Assembly: GCA_963741205.1 (NCBI GenBank)
Contig: CAVUHW010000031.1
Coordinates: forward strand, 64,001 to 128,000
Direction of reading: 5' to 3'
DNA: 64,000 nucleotides
Source: Nitrospirota bacterium
GTDB taxonomy: Bacteria > Nitrospirota > UBA9217
This document shows, one piece after another, positions 56,412 to 64,000 of the stretch. The position numbers and the translations under genes were made by a program. The notes under the pieces were generated by a model that was not told where the DNA came from, ran no database searches, and worked only from the letters and a program-made list of their open reading frames with translations. Numbering within the stretch: the stretch's first letter is position 1; every line of letters begins with the position of its first letter.

Positions 56412-57143
56412 TCAGCCGCGTTTTTCTCCGGCCGGTATGCGCTCAAAGAAGGCCCGGAAAACGTATTGAGGATAAATTTGTTCGGAGCTCAGGCCGTCCC
56501 TGCGGATCACCAGTGTTTCCACCGCGTCGGTCGCTCCCAGGCAACTCGAGACCGTCGCGTCGTCGAAAACTATATACCCGCCGGGGACCATATATTCCTT
56601 CACCACGTCGTAGGAATATGCCACTGCGGAATAAATATCGCAGTCGATATGCGCCAGAGCCACCTGTTTCACGTCCTTTAAAACGTCCGGAGCGGTATCA
56701 TGAAACAGGCCTTTCACAAATCGCAGATTCGTTATGCCTTTCTTTTCCGCATATGCCCTCAGTTCGTTCAAATCCACGTCGTGGAAATCTCCCGCTACAT
56801 GGGCGTCGATTTTCGAGTCCGTTTGCGGCATGCCGGCAAAGGTATCCAGTGCGTAGACCTTGACGCCCGGGTAGAGCTTATCCACGATATAAGCCATGAA
56901 AATGGCATTTCCTCCCTTGTAAGAGCCGAACTCGATGATGTGCCCCGATGGAATTTTGCCCAGGTAAAACTTTAAAAGGAGAAAGAGATTCATGCGATTT
57001 TCTTCGGTTATGATGGTTCTCCCCCTGGCCAGGGCGAGCGCTTCCTGGTAGAGCGGGTCCTGCCTGACCTTGTTTTTCAGCTCTCCGAATTGAATGCCCC
57101 AGCCCCGGACGTATCCGTCATAAATGCTGCGGTTATTCCGCAT
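56412..57143 (-). CDS. TylF/MycF/NovP-family O-methyltransferase (N-terminus may extend to about 57310)
   Basis: IEFGSYKGG, LDTFAGMP, VKGLFHDT, HIDCDIY, GGYIVFDD. Confidence 0.9.
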   Translation of the reverse strand: MRNNRSIYDGYVRGWGIQFGELKNKVRQDPLYQEALALARGRTIITEENRMNLFLLLKFYLGKIPSGHIIEFGSYKGGNAIFMAYIVDKLYPGVKVYALDTFAGMPQTDSKIDAHVAGDFHDVDLNELRAYAEKKGITNLRFVKGLFHDTAPDVLKDVKQVALAHIDCDIYSAVAYSYDVVKEYMVPGGYIVFDDATVSSCLGATDAVETLVIRRDGLSSEQIYPQYVFRAFFERIPAGEKRG

Positions 57144-57327
57144 ATCCCTGCTGATGTGCAGGAACTCCGGGAGATAGCTGCCCGTGGAGATATTTCCCTT
57201 TCGGCATGATCCGCCCCAAAAGCCGGCACAATCCGTTCTCTGGCCGTCATGGCGATATTTTTCAGTAACGTCAGTTTTCGATAAATTATATGCTTAGCGC
57301 ACCATCATGGCACCATCCCTCAAAATA

Positions 57328-58024
57328 TTAATTGATTTCTGTTTTTGAATTATACGCCACGGCGTAGATGCACCACCCGGTAATCTCCCAGACCGCAACA
57401 GTGAGCAGCGGGCGGTTCTTCGTTATCAGGCCCTTTAAAAAAATGTAGGGCGACAGAAGCAGGGACCAGGGGTTCCTTGCTACCGCAACGGTTATTTTTG
57501 TAAAGCCCGACCGTTTGAGGAGGATGAGCAGTCCTGTCTTGGAAAACGGTTTGATATGAGTCGGGTCGTCATAAAAGTTAAACGGCACGTCCTGGTCCCG
57601 GCCATAGCTGAGCGAGGGTACCAGCAAGCTGTTCAGGCTCGGCGTTTCCAAATAAATCCGTCCTTCGTCTTTCAGGACCCGCCTGATTTCCTGCAGCATC
57701 AAATGGGTCGAATAAAGATGCTCCAATACGTGGGAACAGTAGACTGCATCGAAGGCGTTGTTCCCGAAGGGCAGCGGGTTGCTGCTGGATATCGACCTGG
57801 TGAAATTCCACGTGCTGAGGAACACGCCTGGCGACATCCTGGATGTCGACTGCTGAAAAAACGAGGTCCGGCCTTAATGCCCTGAAGGTCGTCATGGCAA
57901 CGCACTCGCCGCAGCCCAGGTCCAGGACCCTGCTGCCCTTCGGCAGGGACAAGATGAATTTATATCTCGGGTGATAGTACCTCAGGTGTTCACGCAGGTT
58001 GTTGACGCGCTGGATCAAGGTCAT
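57328..58024 (-). CDS. Class I SAM-dependent methyltransferase; frameshift near 57780
   Basis: VLDLGCG, LPF..NAFDAV.CSHVLEH, FYDDPTH. Confidence 0.85.
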
Positions 58025-58931
58025 AGCAAGTCCTTTCTTCCAAACCTGTGTTGGTAGGAGTCGCGCATCCCCAGCCAGATGATTTTCATGCCGCGGATTT
58101 TATTCACCTTCATCGTGAACAGGCTGCACACATATCTGCCGATGATAAGACCGTCCCGTGCGATGTTCAAGCCGGCGAATGAAAAGGGAGATAGGTTTTC
58201 ACCAGGTGGAGATGGTTCCGGACGGAATAATAAAGATAGTTGCCGGTGCCGGCCCCGCCGGTTGCCGCGGAGACCTTGTGCCATACCTTCGAGTCCGGAA
58301 CAAACACTACTTTATAGCCCGCGCTTCCTTGCGCGGAGAGACCACTCGGCCTCTTCGGCATAGCAAAAATACTCGGGGTCCATAAGCCCTGTCGTTTCAC
58401 AAACTGCGCGGCTTACCATCATGGAACACCCGCATGCCCGGTCGGTTTCCCGCATCTCGCTGAATTGACCGGTGTCCTTCTCGTTATACCCGAGGTGCTC
58501 GCTTTTGCCGGTTTTAAGATTCAACGTCGCCCCCGCGTACCAGAGGACATCGGGCCTGTCATAAAAATATACCTTTGAGCTTAAGATGCCGATGGATTTG
58601 TCTGACTCCGCCGCGGCCACCAGCGCCGTGATAAAGTCCGTGTCAACCACCGTATCGTTATTGAGCAGGATCGTGTAGTCTGCCCCGTTATCGAGCGCAT
58701 ACCGGATGCCGGCATTGTTCCCCCCGTATAGCCGAGGTTCTCTCCGGTCTGGATGAGCTTTATGTCCGGGAAGGTACGCCTGAGTATCTCCTCCGACCCA
58801 TCCGTTGAACCGTTGTCAACGATGACGATCTCATAATGGGGATAGTTTATCTTCCTGATGGAATGAATGCACTCTATCGTGTCCTGGTGTCTGTTCCAAT
58901 TCAATACGATGATAAAGACCTTGGGGGTCAT
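58021..58931 (-). CDS. GT2 glycosyltransferase; frameshifts
   Basis: IIVLNWN, VDNGSTDGS, NLGYTGG, LLNND, YFCYAEEAEW, VWHKVS. Confidence 0.88.
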
Positions 58932-60114
58932 GCTATCAGCCTTTTATATTCATCTTCCAGTTTTTGGATCACGCCATCCCACGCAAATTTATTCTGCACA
59001 AAGGCTTTGCCGTTTTCCGATATGCTCTGACTGATGCCTTTATCCTTTAAGAGAAGGATCACTTTATTAGCAAATTCTTCAGCATCATCGGCTATGAGAA
59101 TCTCTTTATCGGGAACCGCGTCGATCCCTTCATTTCCAATAGAGGTCGTCACCACCGGGATGCCGGCAGCCAGCGCGTCCAGTATTTTTTGGATAAGCCC
59201 CCCTCCGACAAAGAGAGGCGCTACAAACACCGACGCTTTCAGATAGTATGGCTTGATATCTTCAACAAAGCCCGTCACGATAACATCTTTGTCTTTCTGG
59301 CCGATACTCCTGATCTCTTCAGGAGGCCCGTTGCCGACAATAGTGAGTTTTGCCGCAGGCACTTCTCGTTTTAACAATAGGGAACACCTTTTCGTAAAAG
59401 TACCGGATCGCTTCAATGTTCGCAGGCCTGTTCATTGCGCCGACATAGAGCAGCATGCCCGGCTCCCGGATGCCGGCTTTCCCGCTGAAGTCCTCTATTC
59501 TTGCGTACCCCCGGAGGATGGAAACATCCAAATCCTCCCCGATAAGAGAGCAGCAAATTTCTGTCAAACTCGGAACGCACAAAAACTTTCGTAAACCTTC
59601 TATAGGTCGAATTTCTTTTTCTGACCATTCTGAATTTTATATATTTTACTGCTTTTCTCATCCCCGTTGCGAGTTTATATTCTCTGAGCGCAGGCTTGAG
59701 AATGACATCGTGCGCATCAATGATGGTGGGGACGTCCATCGGACCTTTTATGCAGTCGCCGAGTTCGGTATGTTCAACCTGGATAATGTCGAACCGGATC
59801 TGTTTGGAAAATTTATCAATAGCGAGCGCGCACTTGCTCCGAAAGGTCAGCCCGCCTTTCCCTCCGTGGAAGATCCATTGTATCACTGCTTTCGCTACTT
59901 CGCCCTTGCTCCAGGGTATTTCGATCGCATCAAGGACCGTGCAGAAGTATTTGACCTCGTCAAGGTGCTCCTTTTCTCCGGGCCGCAGGCCCGTTATTAA
60001 AAAGAGCTCGTGTCCCCTGGATGCAAGGCGCTCCATGATCTTGAACGTCGCCATCCCCCCCGCGTAGGGGACCTCGGGATAACAAAGATGGGGCGTGACA
60101 AATAAGATTTTCAT
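58928..60114 (-). CDS. GT4 glycosyltransferase; frameshifts; paralog of 53255-54410
   Basis: MKILFVT...YAGG, DAHDV, KILDALAAGIPVVTT. Confidence 0.88.
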
Positions 60115-60957
60115 CTAGGCTTCCTTAACGCAAAATACCAGCCTGCGGCCATCCCATGGGGTACGTTATCCGCAAGCTTGCAGTCGAGCGAATCAAGGGC
60201 ATTGAACACTCGCGAGCCTCGCGGAATGATCCGTTGGAACAGGAGATACCAGAGAACGCCGAACCCGAGCCAGAAATTGGAATTGCGTATTTCAATTACG
60301 GTTAATCCATGTTGTCCCAGGAGCCGCTTTATGCTGCGTAATGTAAAAAACTGGACGTGACGGTCTCCCGTTTCTCCGACATTAGAGGACTGTATGTTTT
60401 CCGTTGTGACTGCCCTCGTGCGCCGGTAATGATCGATCATTGATCTGCCGAAATTTCGATTTGAAAAGCTGCGTGCGGAGCCAGTAAAGGAACTGTCCTC
60501 TGAGCTCCAACGGGCCGTAGCCGTTCGGGATCGTGATCAATAAAAGGCCGTCTTCCGCAAGGCGCGATTTGATGCGCTGTATCATGTCTCCGGGGTCTGT
60601 TAAATGCTCAAGTACTTCCGAGCAGATGATGATATCAAATTTTGCTGCGGCATCGAGAGTGCTCATGTCGCCGCATATGAAGGTAACATGCTTAAAGGGA
60701 TTCGCAGCACGGGCCTTTGTTATAGATGCTGAATTAATATCTAGACCGATGATGTCGCACAGATCAAGGCTTCCCATGGATATGGCGATATTTCCGTTGC
60801 CGCAACCCACCTCAAGAACTGACAGTCTCCGTTGTTTTCTCGCGAAATCCTGTTCGATGTAGCGGGCAATAAAATCAAGCCGCTTAAGCCCCGAGGGCTC
60901 TTTATGATACTCACCGAAATGATGATAGGGTTTTACAGGTTTCATTTGCCGGTGCAA
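60111..60957 (-). CDS. Class I SAM-dependent methyltransferase; frameshift near 60440
   Basis: VLEVGCGNG, FDIIICSEVLEH, TIPNGYG, HVQFFT. Confidence 0.85.
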
Positions 60958-61032
60958 ACTACCTTCCTCTAATGCATATTGCGTTGACGCGATCCACCAT
61001 CATTGACAAACTTAGTCGTGAGGGCCAGATTG

Positions 61033-62077
61033 TTAACAAGAGATCCCCAACGCGTTGTTTCTATCGAAAAAAACGGCTTGTTCTAGACATTACGCTGTTA
61101 AGTATCCGCCAGCAGTATCGTAAGAAGGCATAAAGGAACCGTGAAGAATTGATAAATCTCACACTAAATAACTGTAGGCGTGAATAACCGCACTTAATGA
61201 GCTTGAGTTCGAAATCGTTCCACCTGCTATTATCCGGGACCGTTCTTTTCAGTGCTACAAAATCATACCATCTCTAATCTGATGCATAACAGAAAGAAAA
61301 GAGCGACTAACATCAGCATCAGGAAACAGGTGAGATGCAAGAATCAGATACCCACTTATGTCGATATTGAAACGATTGAATTGATCGCCCATTAAAAAAC
61401 TATCATTATCACCTCGGCATAAAACGAGAGGGTCTCGTACTGTACTTCAGCGAACCGCCTTTTTGTAAAATAGAAAATAATCTGAAAACATGAGCATAGT
61501 GACTGCCGGTAAATCGCTCGTCGTATGGGAACTCATTCCATCTTTCTCGGCGGACGACTATGGCACTCATGTAGCTGAAAAACGCACCGATTGATCGCGC
61601 TTTGTCAATGTAGTTCATCATATCCTTTTTGGTTGAAAAAACAAAGACGCGGTCTTCGACATCCTTAGATAGCATTAGACGCTCTCTGAGTGGTGTCAAC
61701 CCGAGGTCACAGTCGATTCTATTACATAAGTAAATATCATGACCTAAATGGGTTTCCTCCAGAATCCGTTGGATCGCGCCAGGTTTGAAAACATCGTCAC
61801 TCGACATTAGCCAGCAGTATTCTCCCTTGGCTAAATCAACGACTGCGGCCATATCCTTGTCGATGCCGCCTCTTTTATCCCGACGATGATAGCTGATCCA
61901 TGGATGATTGTGTTGAAACCCCCTAACGATTTCCGGAGTATTATCTGTCGACCCCCCGTCAAGTACGATAACATCGACATCATTATGTGCTTGATCAATG
62001 ATGCTTTTGAGTGTTTCGCCTATGAACATGCCGAAATTATATGTTGGAATGCAGATTGAAAGTCGAATATTGTTCAT
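61033..62077 (-). CDS. GT2 glycosyltransferase, RfbV/abequosyltransferase-like; frameshifts; 3' end approximate
   Basis: LSICIPTYN, DGGSTD, GEYCWLMSSDD, FSYMSAIV, YAHV, CRGDNDSF in the next frame. Confidence 0.78.
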
Positions 62078-62094
62078 CCTATATTTACCGTTCC

Positions 62095-63179
62095 TTAGAT
62101 AATACTATACAATTCCATATGTGCCTTAGCGATAGACTCCCACGTCATGAAGTGACTCAAGGTATGGTCGACATTTTTACGCCCGATATATAGATTCAAC
62201 GCTTGACGCATATCCTCAATATCGTCCACCCGCGCATAGTAAATATTGTCTGAATCAACGTAGCCATGACTATCTCGTGACGTTGTCAGCACAAACGTTC
62301 CCTGTAGAGCTGCTGCATGCAGAGAGGAATTCCACATCCCGCCCCCATCCCGAAATGGCAGAACAACTGCATCAGCTGCAGCCAATATTTTAGCTGTTTC
62401 AATAGCAGGTAAAAATCCAGTTATAGTAGCGTTATCACGCCACGGTCCCTGTTCAATCTTTTGCCTTAAAGTCTGGCAGTAGGGGTTGTTCTCGTCAAAA
62501 GCACCGATTAAAATAATGTGATGCTTTGCGGTATCGGCAATTTCAAAAAGATATTCAATCCCTTTGTGAGGATATGGGAATCCAAAAAAACAAGCAAAGA
62601 TTTTCGAGCGGATGTGAACTGCTTTTGTATGACAGTTCTTTCAACATCGTCGATTACCACGCGAGGAATTGCAGAAGCATTCGGTATGAATCGAAATTCT
62701 TTATGGCGAATCAACCAGCGGTATAAAACAGGCATTCGTTCTTTAAAGTTAGGCCTCACTGCGACAATGCCATGTGCCGCGATAACTCTTGGTATCATGG
62801 CCCAATGTACGGACTCCCTCGTGTAATACTCATGCCAGGTTTGCACAATTTTAACGCCTAAGAATAACAGCATGGGTGGCAGGTGATAGGGTAGACGCCC
62901 TCTGCGATAGCCATGAGTAGGATATTGAATATGCGCGATATCGGGTTTCCATTGTTTTACTATCTTGACGACCTGTGAAAATTCTCGTAATTTCCAATCA
63001 CGTATTATGGGGAATATTTCAAGATTTGATTTTGATATGTCGACTCCGGCCCCCACAGTCGTGATAACAGCGACGTCGGTATTTGGGCATTTCATCAATG
63101 CCTGTGCCAAAGAAGCAGTATAGTCGCCGACACCACACTTCATCGGTGGGAAAGACCCTGTGATAATCAAGATTCGCAT
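62095..63179 (-). CDS. GT4 glycosyltransferase; frameshift near 62585
   Basis: GSFPPMKCGVGDYT, HIQYP, TWHE, ADAVVLPFRDG. Confidence 0.85.
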
Positions 63180-63226
63180 AAAATATATTCACAACTCCAA
63201 GCAAGAGCAAATTAATGTCTTTGAAC

Positions 63227-63971
63227 TTACCCGTTTGCAATCCTACTGGTCGAAAATTTCTGGAGGGCCAGCCACGCAAAAGTATACTTTCGTTCTGCAC
63301 ACTCTATCGGCCTCTCCTGCGCGGCAAGATCGATATTCCCACAGGGCGCTAATTTATATGCACGAGCTTCATCAATAAAGGCGAGCACTTCCTGTTTAGA
63401 GAAAATCTTCCAGTCCATGCCAAAGAAGGGAACACCGGTCGTGTCGATCTTCTCAGGCCAGTAATCGAAGGACGCAATAAAATATCCGCCAGGACGAAGT
63501 AACCGGGTGACTTCTGTCAGCAAGGCAACACTGTTAAACCCGTGCTCGATCACCGAGGTAGACGTGATGGCCATAAACGTTTCGTTCTTAAATGGTGTGT
63601 GCATAAAGTCAGATACCACAAACCGGATTTTATCCGAATAAGGCATCTTTTTGATATCAGGATTTAGATCGATGCCGGTCAAATTGGAATAATTTAGTCG
63701 ATGGAGGATACAAAGAATTTCCGAAGCATATGCGCCGATATCAAGGATTGGTGCGTCCTTTTGAACGGTGTTTTCGACAAATTGTGTGGTTTTTAATACA
63801 TCCCAGCTTTTTACTTCATCGCCCACCTTAATTTTATTTGCGAGACCTAGCTTGCGCGTAAAGTACTTTAATTTTGTGTCGGTACATTATATACTGCGGT
63901 TACATAAGTCTCGACCGCGCCTGATCTACTTGAGACATTGTTTTTAAAACGGCGACGGACATGTTGTTCAT
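63227..63971 (-). CDS. Class I SAM-dependent methyltransferase; N-terminal frameshift, start uncertain
   Basis: GDEVKSWD, ILDIGA, SVIEHG, RLLRPGG, SFDYW. Confidence 0.8.
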
Positions 63972-64000
63972 ACTCACTTTCGTAGAATAAAGACATATCT

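Overview
A GC-rich bacterial chromosome segment. Gene order and protein sequences suggest Nitrospirota or a Desulfobacterota-like lineage (inference). Single-base indels break a large share of the genes, including conserved ones (rpoN, lptABC, ptsI, alr), so I treat them as probable long-read errors and give joined coordinates. Left to right: the yceD-rpmF-plsX operon; a tnpA-less IS200/IS605 TnpB element inserted in the last codon of bioA; degP, a PIN/TRAM gene, yebC-ruvCAB, queH and a SpoIID gene; a standalone TM+TPR gene; a GGDEF gene, a MotB-like gene and an aminotransferase; a holin-like gene with cbiMQO; a GAF-PAS sensor with no output domain; lptCAB-rpoN-hpf-ptsN-hprK-rapZ, a complete mannose-class PTS, HPr and EI; cobD; an AT-richer islet with a sigma-54 promoter, two large surface lipoproteins and a terminal tRNA-fMet-like 3' fragment; three small proteins; alr-mlaEFD, galU, lon and thiL; and a glycosylation region (GT2, DUF2304, TMTC-like GT-C, then a convergent cluster of glycosyltransferases and methyltransferases). 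The best novelty candidate is an apparently split TMTC-like protein O-glycosyltransferase, with its membrane half at about 52 kb and the complementary TM+TPR half at 12.3 kb. Other leads are a DRR-repeat micro-protein resembling c-di-GMP-binding peptides, locus-specific heptamer inverted arrays, and the bioA/TnpB junction. No CRISPR array, rRNA or intact tRNA was seen.
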